NCBI GenBank assembly: GCA_965112735.1
Contig: OZ218954.1
Span: 4,092,001 to 4,156,000 of the forward strand
Source of the DNA: Phaeosaccion multiseriatum
Lineage: Eukaryota; Protista; Ochrophyta, other classes
Length of the DNA: 64,000 nucleotides
Reading direction: 5' to 3'
Below are positions 33,255-46,800 of this stretch, in pieces. The notes beneath the pieces were generated by a model. It searched no databases, was not told where the DNA came from, and saw nothing but the letters and a program-made list of their open reading frames with translations. How positions within the stretch are numbered: position 1 is the first letter of the stretch; the number at the start of each line of letters is the position of its first letter. The position numbers and the translations under genes are program-made.

Positions 33255-33495
33255 TGGATAATGCGAGCCACTCTCAGCCCCGAGGGCAGGCCGGTGGGTC
33301 AGGGTCTGGAGATGCACGGGCCATCGGGACTCAACAGTTCACGAAGCAGTCTATCTGGTACGGCGGTGGGCTGTAGAGCTGCGCATCGGCTGGTGGGGCT
33401 CTGAGCTGACAGCTCCCAGCTGGAAGAGCGAGACAAAGATAAAAGACTTTTTCGTTCCAAAATACTTTTATTCCTTAGAGCTTACGGAAGAGGCT

Positions 33496-33840
33496 TCAAT
33501 ACTTGCCCTTGCCCTTGTTGCCCCTCCCCTTCCCCTTGCCCCTCCCCTTGCCCCTCCCCTTCCCCTTGCCCTTCCCCTTGTTGCCCCTCCCCTTCCCCTT
33601 ACCCTTGTTGCCCCTCCCCTTACCCTTGCCCTTCCCCTTGTTGCCCCTCCCCTTGCCCTTGCCCTTCCCCCTACCCCTCTGCGAGCGAGAGACAAGCGAC
33701 AGACAAGCGAGGGGGGGAGAGGAGAGAGATCGAAGAAGGGTCATGAGTAGAGCCAACACGTTGTAGTGGAAGTACAGGGGAACAAAACGTCAGTAGCTCA
33801 CCTTTCCCCTCTTCCCCTTCGAGCTGTCGGAGCTGGAAGA

Positions 33841-33878
<38 letters not shown>

Positions 33879-34101
33879 CCGAGGAGCAGTCGTAGCTGTC
33901 CCCCTTCGAGGAGTCGTGGCTCACGTTCTTTCCGGGCTTGGTCGGGGGAGGGGAAGTCCAGGGGGCGGGCGCCACAGGGACCGACCCCGTGAGCTCGCGT
34001 TTCTTCAACTCGTCGCTGGCGGGCTCCCCGATCTTGGCGGTGGCCTGGTTGGTGATGGCGAGGAAGGCCAGGAGGGCGGTGCCGAAGAAGGAGAAACGCA
34101 T
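33496..34101 (-). CDS. Small secreted Ser-rich / Lys-Gly-Arg-rich protein (160 aa), third family member
   Basis: Exon 1, 34101-33802: MRFSFFGTALLAFLAITNQATAKIGEPASDELKKRELTGSVPVAPAPWTSPPP...[26 protein letters not shown] then GTGAG. Exon 2, 33678-33496, after ctcgcag: RGRGKGKGKGRGNKGKG...KGKY*. Same signal peptide and upstream sequence as the giant gene. Confidence 0.8.
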
Positions 34102-36189
34102 GATGTCCTTGGTGCTGGTCTTGAGGCAGGATGTGGTAGTCCTTGGTTGGTGTTGTGGTTTGTTTGTGAGCTGCCAGCCGCCGCCCAGGCTCCTGCTCAT
34201 CAGCCGCAACATGGTTACTCGATTCTGGACAGCACGGCAACATTAGCGCGGTGCAACATCTTGGGCAGTTGGGGCTTCGGAGACTAGGGATTTTTTGGCG
34301 GGCCGTCTGTTGCAGCGCTTCTCTTATACCCTTACAGTCCGCTCCTCTCGACTGGCGAGGCGCAATTGCGACACAGGTCATGATACTTTGGCTCGAACTT
34401 GTAGGGTATCCGGGTGCTTCATTAGCTAGGGGGGGATGGAGGGCGATGGCACAGTCAAGACCAGCCGCTCAAATCACTACTCGTACCACCACCCTTTTTC
34501 GAACAACAATAGTATGTAGCAGCCCACAAATAATGACGAGTGATAGGCCAAGACAGCAAGGAAAGAATGAAAGCGACGAAGTAAGAAGCCGTTTTCGTGT
34601 GTGTTTGCTTTCAATGTGAGAGACCTGTCGCTCTGAGGCCAGAGAGTGCCCTTTCTGGTTTGCACTCGTGCGTAACTTGTTGTGAGAGCGCTTCTGAAGC
34701 AATCCTTCGCAGCGCCGTCAATGTCTCCTGACTATGGGCACTCAGTCGGGGGAGATTGTGTATCAAAGACCATGCCCCCTTTCCACAGCGTATGTATCTG
34801 CCGCCCCTTCCTCCTCCACTGGCTGGCTTATACTACCCAACCCTCCGCCGGCCTTCGTCGACTCGCTCCTTCTCCGTCTCTCTCTTTGAGACTTCAGTTA
34901 CAAGGCTCTCTTGCGCGCCCGGTACGTACGCCTTCGCGACACCCAGCCGAACCGCCTCTGCCTTTCTTTGTATGAAGACGCTAGGCTACGCCACCATTCA
35001 AATACCTGAGTGATATTCTTTGAGTCTTACTCTCGACATATCTGCAGCGAGTGGGGACAAGTCTCTCGAGCAGGAGGCATATCCCTCTCTCTCTGCCGAG
35101 TGGAAGGGTGCTAAAAGCAGTTGATCAAAGAAAGAATGGGCACAGGTGAGTGTGATAAGCAGGCGCAGAGAGGGAAGCTCAACGGGATGTACACGAAGCA
35201 TGCGCACATCAGCAGGAAGGAGCCGAGGAGAGAGACAGTGCTCAAGAAGCACTCCCCAGGGAGGGCCGCAAGGAAGAGGATGCATCCATCAGAGGGAAGT
35301 GCAAGAAGCGAGGAGCGAGGAGGAAACCGCCCACCGCCTCTCGCCCCCCCGTAACTGCTCGTGGACAGGAGGGAGGGCAAAGGGGGGAGCAGCCCAGCCG
35401 CCATCGTGCAGCGAAAAAGAGGAGGGCTCTCCGTGTGGGGGATGAGATGCATCTGCCGATACGATTCTGCAGAGCCCATTGAGCCAGCAGTAGAGGCGTG
35501 CGCCGCTGCTGGGCTCAGAGAGGCGGGAGCGACATTCGCTGTGGGTGAGAGCGTGCGCGGCGGCGTTGTGTAAGGGCGGGCCGATAAGCAGCGAGAAAAA
35601 GGGGAGTGGGAGAAGACACAGCGACTCGGCGTGTCTGCTGAGGGGTGAGAGTGGAGACCTGGTGAGAAAGGAGCAGGCTGAGCGCACACTTGGGAAGAGG
35701 ACCGTAGAGGAAGCGCAGCAGCACACAGAGTGGAGCGGGGGTTTGGGGAGACGGGGAGTAGCTAGTGTATGAGAGGATGGTATGAAGATCGAGCGGAGAC
35801 AGGCGATTTTTTGCGTCTGATTGGGTAAGGGACTGACTTGGAAGAAGCGAAGGGGTGCAGCACAAGCGTTGCTTGGAGGGAGGCGGTACGGTAGGCGATG
35901 GTAGGGTATGGGAAGAGAGCGGAAGGGGCACACACACGCGCTGCTAGCAGCCTTTCCCCAGCATCGAGCATCATCATAGTGGCCCATCGTCACAATCACG
36001 AGCAATTTTTCGATTTTATAGTCCGAGAGCGGGCCTGAACAAGCGCTTCCTCCGTCGCTCCCTCAAGCCGGGAAAAGCATTACATGCATGTCCTCCTTTT
36101 GAGGAGGAAGGACCAGTGAGTCGTGCTGGCGTTGACAGACCCATCCGGGCAGAGCAGGTCAGAGAAGGAGCAGTCGATCCATCAAGCCC

Positions 36190-36686
36190 TCACGTGAGCT
36201 CCGCAACTTTGGTCACTAATCTCACCTCCACCGTCGCCATCTCTTCTTGTTCTTCTTGTTCTCGTTCTTCTCCTTCTCCTTCTTCTTCTTCCTCTTCTTC
36301 TACTTCGTCCTCTTCGGCACCCATTCCTTCCTTGGAAGCAACCCGCCTCTTCTTCACCCTCAACAGACCCAGCCGCTGCATATCCTCCCGCAGCCGCCGC
36401 TCCGCTTCGTACTCTCCCGCCGTCCGACAAGCGTCCATGGCGGCGATGTAGCTCTTAGCGTTCGGCTCCAAGTCAGCGAAAAAGCGATTGCCATCCCGCT
36501 GCAGGTCCTGCTGTAGGTGGCCGCCCTTCAAGCCCCCCTGTTGTCTCCCCTGCGCATGTGCGTACTGGTGCATCTCCCGCAGCAGTGCCAGCGCCTCGCG
36601 GTATGCCCCAGCCTTACCGCACGCCCTCAGTGCCGCATTGTAGCTGCCCTTGCTTGGCCGCGCCACCACCCCTCCCTGCCGCCGCC

Positions 36687-36717
<31 letters not shown>

Positions 36718-37723
36718 AGGCTGAGCTTGGCCCATGCCTTGCCCCCCCTCCTGCTGCTGTATCACCAACTGCGGCCCTTGCTGCTGCTTGAGCTCTTGTA
36801 GCAGAGCGAGGGCCTCTCTGTGGCGGCCCCTCTCGGCACAGGCGCCAATGACGGCGGTCCAAGTGACGTCTGTCGGCTTCAGCCCCTGAAGCACACAGGG
36901 GTGGAGCGACAGGACAAAGAGGGCGCACACACAACCCCAAATACGGAGGAGAGAGAAGGGAAGTAAGTAATCCAAACAGCCCTATGAGAGAGACGAGGCG
37001 GGCGGTCAGCCCCAAAATTCAACAATTCGACAACCCCTTCTACCAACCAATGTATACTATGTACGTACGTACATACCTGCTCGATCATTCCCCGAAACAC
37101 CGCTACGGCTTCTCTCCACCGCCCGCACGCCCCAAGCGCAGAGATGGCGGCAGTGAGACACGCTGCGTCGGGCCTCACGCCTCCTTCCCGCCCTCCCAGC
37201 CCACGATTGCACCCGAGCTTCCCGCTATCCGACTCATTGGGGCTCTACCGGTCCCTGCTACGCTCCTTACTAAGCTCTGTGGGGTGAGGATGGGCGTCCC
37301 TGTTGTGTCCAGCGAGCGCGTGAGTCCGAGCAATCGAAGCACTCCGTCCCCATCGGCCCTGCGCCCCAGCTTCTGGATGCGTTGCAGCAGGTGTATCTGC
37401 TCTCTTCGTCTGGCGCTCGGAGTGAGGTTGAAGGTGGGCTTGGGGTGGGGAGTAGGTGGTGTAGAGAGTCGCGTTTGTGGCTGCCGCCTGACTGCTTGTT
37501 CATGCGACTGCCCATTTCGCTGAGGCTGCTGCCGTCGCTGCTGCACGTGCTGCTGGTTCCTCTCCGAGCTCCGCGGATCCTCTCCCAGCCTCCCTCCTCC
37601 GAAGCGAGGGGCCCTGCCTGTATCAGCAAGAGAGGAGTAGCACGAGGAGAGGGAGGGAGAGAGAGGAAGGGGTCGCTTCCTCCCTAGGGAACCAGCAACC
37701 CGATGCAGATTTTGGGAGCTCAT
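36190..37723 (-). CDS. Pentatricopeptide repeat (PPR) protein
   Basis: PPR-type motifs: RPDAACLTAAISALGACGRWREAVAVFRGMIEQ | GLKPTDVTWTAVIGACAERGRHREALALLQEL, PSKGSYNAALRACGKAGAYREALALLREM, EPNAKSYIAAMDACRTAGEYE. Intron 37076-36886 is GT-AG. The 5' structure is uncertain. Confidence 0.8.
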
Positions 37724-38912
37724 CTATCGTCCCTCCTTCCCTCCCCCCTGCGATGCACTACTCTTTAAGTCACAGCCCCCTCCGCCTCCCTGAACTTCTC
37801 CCTTCTCGCAAGAGGATCATTATCTATCGCAAGGAAAGGCGGAAAGGAAAGGGATTGCACGTCGATTAGATGTATCGCACGTCGATTGGGGGTCAAGCCA
37901 CACCCCGTCTCGGAGTCCAACGCAAAAAAAATTGCTCCCAAATTCACCCGGCCCCTTCTCATCCCTCGAGGGCCATCAACACAAAGAAGGTGTGGACCAC
38001 AGAGGCGTCATCTTCACTCCAAAGGACTCCGAGTAAGAGGAGGGAGAAGCCAGGCCGAAGACGAGGCACGATCAGCTCCAGGAAGGTAGGTGGGTTATCG
38101 CTTAACGAGTGTTTTTTGTTCCTCTTCCCTCTTCATTCCTCCCCCTCTCCCTTGCTCAAACTGCCGACCCATTCTCGCGTGGGTCTTCCAAGAGGGTCCT
38201 TGCACCCCTTCAAGCGATTGGGAGGGGTGTGCTTGTGCAGAACGCCTGTAGCAGGGAGAGTGAGGAGAGGGGCGCCAACGACGAGAAGGGCCTTCCACAC
38301 GGCCCGCTGTTGCCGAGCCTTCTGCCTGTCTTGTCCCTATCTGTTTGTTGGCGCACGTACCCTCTTCTTCAAGCCTCACTCCGTACGCTGTCTCTCCCTC
38401 ACCTCCTGCACCCGCCTCTCTTATCTACCTCTTAACTCTGTTACATTGTGACCTTTCTTCTCTCCCTCTCCCCCCTCTCGCCCTGTTGCATTGCCTCACT
38501 CATATGCGCCCAGCCTCTGCTACAGTTAGGCCATGCCCAAGTCAAGGTGATGCGCTTTGGGCGCCTCACCAGACGCAATCGCTCCATCGTAGCATCACAG
38601 TCAAGAGTGAGGGGAGGCTGTAGCGGATATTGACGAGCGAGCTGCAATTGTAGAGGTGCAAGCGTAAGGCGCGAGGCCGGCCGGCCCATCATATATTACA
38701 CTTCAGAGTCAGAGTCAAAGCGTGTCCGCTGGAATACAGCACACGCGCAGCAGAGCCTGTGACACAGTACCGAACAGCGACAGATGCCCCACAACAGTTG
38801 GGCACGGAGCCGTCAGACAGAGTAGCAACCAGACTAGCAGTCGACCAGCCAGAGCGAACCAGCCAGCCTGCCTGCTAGCCAGGCCAAGGGGGGCGGCGAG
38901 CCAGGCCAACAA

Positions 38913-39144
38913 ATGGCGTCCACTGGGGCGGCGGCAGCTGGATGCAGTGTGCGTGTGGCTGTGCGTATCCGGCCTCTGCTGCACCAGGAGATAATGCAGC
39001 GGGTGACGGAGTGCGCGGAAGCCGAGAAGGGCGACGAGCCGTGCATTGCCATCGGCCAGCAGCGCTTCACCTTCGACTACACTTTCGGCAAGGAGGACCC
39101 GCAACGGGCCATCTATGACGAGTGCGTGGGGGGGCTGCTTGGAG

Positions 39145-39175
<31 letters not shown>

Positions 39176-39978
39176 TGTCAGTCGGCCAATCAGTTAGTCA
39201 GCCCTCCTCCTGCTCTCGTCGGGGTGTGGTCGGTGGCGTTGGTCGACGCATCTTGCGTCTAGCGTAACCTCTCGTTGGTCCCCCACGGACCGGGGGTGGT
39301 CCTCTTCTTGTCTGCCTCTGTCTCCCTGTCTCTCTCCATCTATCTACCTTCCTTTCTCACCTTCTCTCTTCTCTCTCTGTGTCTTCCTCTCTCTCTCTCT
39401 CTCTTACTCTCACCCCTCTCCCCTCTCCCCTCTCCCCTCCCCCTTCCTACTTAAGCCTTCTTCGAGGGCTTCAACGCGACCATCCTCGCATACGGACAGA
39501 CGGGGTCCGGCAAGACATACACCATGGGCAGCGAGGACGTGTCTTCAAGGGTGGGGGAGGAGGAAATGGGCATCATACCCAACGTCGTAAGGAACCTTTT
39601 TGACATGATTCAGGTGAGTGAGGGGAGAGAGTGAGAGAGGTAGAGAGAGAGAGGTAGAGAGAGGGAGAGAGGTAGAGTGAGAGAGAGGAAGAGAGAGTGA
39701 GAGAGGTAGAGGGAGAGGAAGAGAGAGTGAGAGAGAGAGGAAGAGAGAGAGACGGAGGGGGGCATGATGGGGCGCGCATCCGTTCTTTTCTCGTCCCCGC
39801 GCTGCTCTTTCTCTTGTCCCTGGTTTCTTCTCTCCTCTCTCTCTTGTCTCTCTCTCTCTCTCTCTCTTCTCTTCTCTTTGTTCGTTCTTCGACTAGGGCT
39901 GCTAGTATTTCTCTTTTTCCTCCCGGCCTGTCCTGTTCCTCCGACTGTCTCTTCTGTCGCCTCTCTCTCATTCACTCC

Positions 39979-40028
<50 letters not shown>

Positions 40029-43000
40029 CAGCCTCCCCCCTTTCTCTGTCTCCAAGCTCGTTTCGCATCTGTCCTCTCCTCCTCCTCCTCATCATCATCG
40101 TCATCATGACGCTCTGTTCACCTCTGCCGCTAAATGGTGCTTCTCGTCTGTCTTGTCTTGATCCTTTCCCCTCGCTACGATGATATACACACATGATCAC
40201 ACACACGCTTTCTCCCCATAGGACTCTGCGAATCAAGCAGAGGCGAATGTAAGCTACATAGTGAGGGTGCAGTTCTTGGAGATATACGGAGAAAACATCA
40301 AGTACGTAAAGCCGTTGGCTATACAACCTCGCCATCTGTGGTGTCTTTCGGCCTGTGTTTGTGCGTCGTCAAGCGTGCTCGTGCCCTGTGCTTTGCTCTC
40401 TTCTCTCCTTTCTCTCTCTGGGAAGGAAGCTTTACTTTGCTCTCTCCCCCCGTTTTCTCTCTCTGGTAATTAACGAAGGCGTGTCAAGGTGGCAGACCAC
40501 TCACCCGCCCCCCATATGCCTCCACCCACCCACCCACCCATCCACCCACCCCATATGCCGCCACCCACTCAGGGACCTTCTCGAGCTTGACCGCTACGCT
40601 CAGATCCGTGAGGGGCCGGACGGAGAAGTGGTCGTGGTTGGTGCCACCGAGGTGAGCCAGTGCAACGTGGATCATGACACCAATTCTCGGTGTACTTGGC
40701 AGTAGGAGGTGGAGGAGGAGGAGGAGCAGGAGGACGAGGACGAGGAGGAGGAGGAGGAGGAGGAGGAGGAGGGGGAGGAGGAGGAGGAGGAGGAGGAGGA
40801 GGAGGAGGAGGAGGAGGAGGAGGAGGAGGAAGAGGAGGAGGAGGAGGAGGAGGAGGAAGAGAAGGAGGAGGGGATGCTGATCCCGACCCTCACCCGAACC
40901 TTACACCTAACTCTCCAAATCTAGAACTTGTACAACTCTCCTAACCCGACCCCGAACTAACCCTAACAACCCGACCTCCAACCCTAACCACCCGATACGC
41001 TTAAGGTGAGCGTTACTTGCGAAGAGGAGGTGCTGCTGAAGCTGCAGCAGGGTTGCGGTCAGCGAAAGACGGGGTGCACACTCATGAATGCCCACAGCAG
41101 CAGGAGCCACGCCATCTTTACCATCATGCTGGAGCAGGTGAGGAGGGGGGGCGGCGGGTGGAGGCACATGGGTGGGTTGGTGTATGTGTGTGGGGGGGGG
41201 GGGCTTCTCTTCAGGTGGTAGGCACGGGGAATATGCTCATGTCGATATCATCGCGTCTCTCTCTCAATGCTGTCTTCTCCCTCGTCTTCCATCCCCCCTC
41301 GGTGAGTAGCGCATTGGACCAGAGACACCCGAAGGAGAGGGAGCGGCACCGCCATCTGCAGCTACAGAGGGAGGAGGAGATGGAGGAGGGGGAGGAGGAG
41401 GAGGAGGAGGAGGAGGAGGAGGAGGAGGAGGAGGAGGCAACGACAATGTGGAGATTCGAAGGTCGAAATTCCACTTTGTCGACCTGGCGGGCAGTGAGCG
41501 AGCCAAGCGCACAGGGGCGGAGGGCAAGCGATTCAAGGAAGGGGTAGACATCAACAAAGGGCTGCTGACCCTCGGCAATGTCATTAGCGCGCTTGGCGAC
41601 GACTCCAAGAGAGGCAAAGTTCATGTGCCCTATCGCGATTCAAAGCTCACTCGCATGCTGCAGGACTCACTGGGGGGAAACTCCCAGACGCTGATGGTGT
41701 GCTGCATCTCACCCGCCGACTCCAACTACCATGAGTCCGTCTCTGCTCTGCGGTGAGTTTCAAAACAGCCTTAGGATGCTTAGCTTAGGTAACCCTTTCC
41801 GTAATCCTGCAGTGACCCTGTGTCTGCCTGTTACCCTTGCGCCGAGTCAGCCTCACCCTGCTCTTCACCTTCACTCTCATCCTGACTCCCACCCCCACCC
41901 CTCACTCTCACCCTCACCCTCACACCGTCTCCGCCCCTGTGACCCTATCCCTGACCCTCCACCCTCACCCTCACTCTCACCTTCAAGCCGCCTCCGTCCC
42001 AGCCTTTGACCCTGACCCTCATGCCTCACATCTCACTCTCACCTCTCAACCTTCACCCTTGCCCCGACCCTCAGCCTCACCCTGCTCTTCACCTTCACTC
42101 TCATCCTCACTCCCACCCCCACCCCTCACTCTCACCCTCATCCACCCTCACCTGTCAACATCGCCCTCACCCTCACCCCTCCGCCTCACCCCTTGCCCTC
42201 ACTTCCCCGTTCCACTGTACATTCGTTGTAATCCATCCATCTCCATTAATCGTCCGATACAGGTACGCGAATCGGGCGAGGAACATTCGCAACAAGCCAA
42301 TTGTGAATCGTGACCACAACTCGGCCGTCATCGCTGAGCTCAAAGCACAGTGCCAGATGCTTGCGGCCGAGCTGCTCCGCTTCAAGGGGCAGGGTCAGGG
42401 GCATGGAGACGGGCAGGGTCAGGGCGAGGGTCAGGGTCAGGGTCAGGGGCAGGGGTCAGAGGGGCTATCGGCGGAGCGGCTGAGAGAAATGGCTGTGGCA
42501 GCGCCCACGCGGACTCCGAACGATCGCCGAGTGTCCTTCGGCAGCACGGACGGGGCAGCGTCGATGCAGAGGGAGATTGCTACACTGCGGTACGATACGT
42601 TCGGGGGGGTGGGGGGTGGGGGGGGGGGGGGGGCGGAGGGCGCTGAAGAATCACAGAGGCACCACTCTTGTCTCTTTTCGAAGCTCTACTGAGTGCTCTA
42701 CTGAGTGTAAGATGAGAGGATTGATGGATCCATGGCCGCCGTCGGAGCGTCATATGAACCGGACAGTGTCCCTCCCTCCCCTCTGTTCCTTCTCCCCACT
42801 CATTGACTTACTCATCTCACAACAACAACAACAGGGCGAGGGTCTCCGAGGCCGAGAGTCACGTGCACACCCTCACAGAGGAGCTCAAGCGGCAGAAGGG
42901 GGAGGCCTCAGCTTGGAGTGATAAGTTACTCGAGGTGAGCGCAGAGAGGGACCTGTTGCGCTTCACACAGCAGCCACAGCAGCAACAGACACAGGGCCGT

Positions 43001-43778
43001 ACAAGAGGTGGAGGTGTTGGTGATACACGAGGAGCTGCTCCAACTAGCGACGTGGACGCCCTTATGGAGCTCCTCAGTGCCGGCAAGGAGGTGATTGTAA
43101 AGGTCAAGGAAGGATGCCCAGAAGGAACGGGAGAGACGCCGCAGGAGGGGGAGAAGGAGAAGGAGAAGGAGAACCAGAATATAAGTGCTAGTGCTAGTGG
43201 CAGTGTGAGTGGTGGTGGCGACGATGACAAGACGACTTTGGATTCGAACGCGCCTTCGACGGTGCGGACCAAGGCATTGGGTCTATTGCGCGGCTATCAC
43301 GAGCGCATCCAGGGCCTCGAGGGGCAGCTTGAAGACAGGGAGGAGGCGTGCCGGACGCTCGAGCTGCGGCTCTTCAACAGCAGCAGCAGCGGTGGGGGCG
43401 GGGGGATGGCAGCGGATGGCAGCGGCGGCGACGGAGGAGGAAGGGGACTCATGCTGGGGCTGGGATTAGGAGGGGGCAGCGGCGGGGGTGGAGGGGTCGG
43501 AAGCGGCGGGGGGGGGGGTGAGGGAGGAGGGCAGATGATGTCGTCTCACCGACCGCCCACGCATAGGAGAGGTGGTAGGACGGCGTCGGGAGGAGGTCCA
43601 ATGTCCCGGGGGGGATCAGGGCCTCTGTCCGCCTCCGCGTCCTTCTCGGAGCTGCTGCGACGCGAGAGGTCGGCAGGGGGTGGGGGAGGAGGGGGTGGGG
43701 GGGGCGGGGTCGGCTTCGGCGGCGCGGGGGGTGGAGGAGGTTCGGGATTGCCGGACCAGCTCATCTTGGAGGTGAGAC

Positions 43779-43839
<61 letters not shown>

Positions 43840-46800
43840 TTGGCCTGCTTGCTCGTACCCGTATGCCTGCCTGCGCTTTTCCTGCCTGACTGCCCATATA
43901 CACCCCTACTACCCTTCATAACGGCATTCCTCTGACCCACTCCGTTCCCTGAGGTCCTGTGACCTATATGCCTCTCTCTTCGACGGCGTACCTGACCCAT
44001 ATGCCTGCCTGCCCGTGTACCCATGCCCATATGCCTCTCCCTGACGGCAAACCTCTCTTCACCCGAAAACCCATATGCCTTTTTGCTACGTTGGGTGTCA
44101 TAGGTTGAGGAGAAGCTCCGTGCGGAGAAGGAGCGGAGGGTGAAGCTTGCAGAGGGGCTTGGCGTGTCTGTGGAAGAGGCGCTCAGGGTAGCAGAGTTAC
44201 TGCAGAGAGAGGCGGAGGAGGAGGAACAAGAAGAAGAGGAGGAGGAGGAGGGGATGGAGGTAGAGGAGGAGAGTGAAGATGATGAGGAGGGGGAGGAGGA
44301 GGAGGAGGAGGAGGATGGGGGGGGGGGGGGAGACGCGACTGCGGGGAAAAGCTCCCCTAGAAGAGTGAGCGGAGGAGGAGGAGGGGCTGACGAGGCGGCC
44401 GACGGTGAGACGGATGAGGAGGTGAAGGAGAGGCTGTTGAACGAGGCTGCTGCAGCCGCTGCCAAGGCCGAGATTAAAGAAAGAGAGAAGGTCATCGTGA
44501 CTGAGCTCAGCGAACTCACGCAGAACATTGCGCATAAGGTGAGTGCTTACGTAAGGAGTTACGTAAGAGTATAGATTGGTAGGGGTTGGGGGGTAGGCAG
44601 GATGCGCTCCACAATCACCCCCCCCCCTTGTTGGATGGTTCCTTGGTCACTCGGTTGGTTGGTGTAGTGCTGGGGTTTGTGGTGTGGGCTTCTTTCTGTG
44701 CTGACCTTTTGCCGGCCCTGCTTTGTCTCTCTCTCTGTCTTCCTCTGTCTCTCTTCCCCTGCCTCCCTCCCTCCCCCCTCCTCCTCCACCACAACCATCA
44801 GGAGGGACTCCTCGCGGAGCTCACGAAGAAGGGACAGGAATACGCCATGATGCAGAGCCACTACCAGCAACAAATGGCAGAAGCGAATGAGGCAGTCAAG
44901 AGGATGGAGGCGGACCACGAGCAGCTGTTGGGCGAGTTAGTGAAGCTGGAGGGCGAGAAGGAGGCGGCGGTGAAGACGGAGAGGGAGAAGCTTCGAAAGA
45001 AGCTTGTGGAGAAAACTCAGGCCCTTCAGAGCCTCAAGGCCAGGTATGTATCCAGTTTCAGTTTCAGTTTCCGTATCGATTTCGTTGTGTCGACTTGCCT
45101 CAATATGTAGATACAGTATGTATCGAACGTACCCGTCGAGTCAAGGCAACACTTCCTAACTCACAGTTCTCAACTGACTCACCACCGGGACTCTGCATGT
45201 CTACCTACCTCCCTGCCTCCCTCCTACCTTCCTACCCACCCACCTACCTACCTACCTACCTACCTACTACCTTCCTTCCTACCTTCCTTCCCTACCGACT
45301 TGTATACGCACAGGCAAACAGAGCTGCAGAATTACAACAAAAGCAGCCAGCGCAGTGCAACGCAACTTCGCTCTCTCGAGACGGAGATTTCAAAGATGAA
45401 GAGGGTCAAAGTGGATCTGCAGAAGCGGCTGGATAGCGAGCGGAAGGTAGGGAAGGAAGGAGGGAGGGAGGGGAGGAGGCGGGGTTGGAGGGGAGTTTTC
45501 CTTGTCGCGCACGCCATGTGTGTTTGCTTACTCAGCTCCTCCCCCTTTCCCCATGCCCCCCCCCCCCCCCTCTCTCTTGCTCCTCTTCCTTTCCCCTGCT
45601 CCTTTCCTCACCATCAGCGTCTGAAGGAACTCGTGTTTCAAAAGGGCAAGGAGATTGTAAGACTCGAAAAGACGGCAAAGAAGGACAGAGTGAAGATAGG
45701 GCAATTGGCTTTGGCCAAGGAGAGGGCAGAGGCGATGACCAAGCGTCACCTTGAGGAGCTGGCGCTGCTGAGGAGGTTGCAGCGGCAGAAGGTCGGGGTA
45801 GGCAAGAAGCAAGGCCCTCTGACGGTTGACGAGAGACGGACGAAGCGATGGCTGGATACCAAGGTTAGTGGAGGGAGGGGGGGGGGGGGTAAGAAGGATA
45901 CGCCCAACAACTACCTTACGATCGTGCCATGGATTGTGATGTTTATATATATACGTACACACACACACACACACACACAGGTGAAGGAGCTAACTCGCAG
46001 GGAGGAGGCCGCGGAGCGTCTTGCCGCCGAGTACGAGAAGAAACTCAAGCTGCTGCAGCAGAAGGAGAGCCTCGAGATGGTGCAAAGGTCCATCGCGAGC
46101 CGCATGCAAGGGCGCCGGGGACGAGGAGGAGGAGGAGGAGGAGGGGCGAACGCCTCGGGCATCGGCTCCGGTGCGTTTCAAGTGTGTCCCTCCTTTGCTC
46201 CAAGTTATATCTGGACATGTGCATGCATCCACTGCCATCAACTCTCCCTTTGTGCTTTGTTCGAGGTTTCTGGGCTTACCTAAAGTGCATCCACTGCCAT
46301 CCCACTCACCCCAGGAATGGAGACCGCAGGACGGCGGAAACCGTCAACAACCGATATGTCACCCGAAGACGGAGGAACAGGAGGAGGAACCAAGGCCGCG
46401 GTCGTGGGAATGAGTGGGGCGGGGGCGAAGAGTCCTGAGACCACCCCCACCCCAGCGGCGGAGGCTGAGAAGGAGGGACAAAAGAAAGGAGGAGGAGGTG
46501 GAGGAGGTGGAAGAGCAGGGAAGGACGAGGAGGAGGCGGATACTCTGCGGGAGGTGGAGGAGAGGTTGGAGAGCACCATTGCGCAGCTCCATTACAAGGA
46601 GGCGAGGATCAAGGACATTGAGTCAGAGATCAGCTCTCCCGCACCTGCATCCGTTGCTGATTCAGCGTCGAGGCGAAATAGTAGCTTGAGTCGGAGTCCT
46701 GTGAGAAGCCGTGCCGGTACCGAGGGAGGAGAAGAAGGAGAAGGACAGGGGGAGGGGGGGGAGGGGGACAGTATGGTACAACAGCAACAGCAATTGGAGG

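Noticed and set aside
34700-36100. ORFs of 95-238 aa between the family cluster and the PPR gene
   Set aside because: No recognisable motif and no consistent splice structure.
40672-40944. Poly-E/G/R/S ORFs
   Set aside because: Intronic (GAG)n microsatellite; the kinesin motor sequence is continuous without it.
40880-42205. Interstitial telomere (CCCTAA/CCCTCA-like runs)
   Set aside because: Highly degenerate and confined to kinesin introns; treated as intronic simple repeats.
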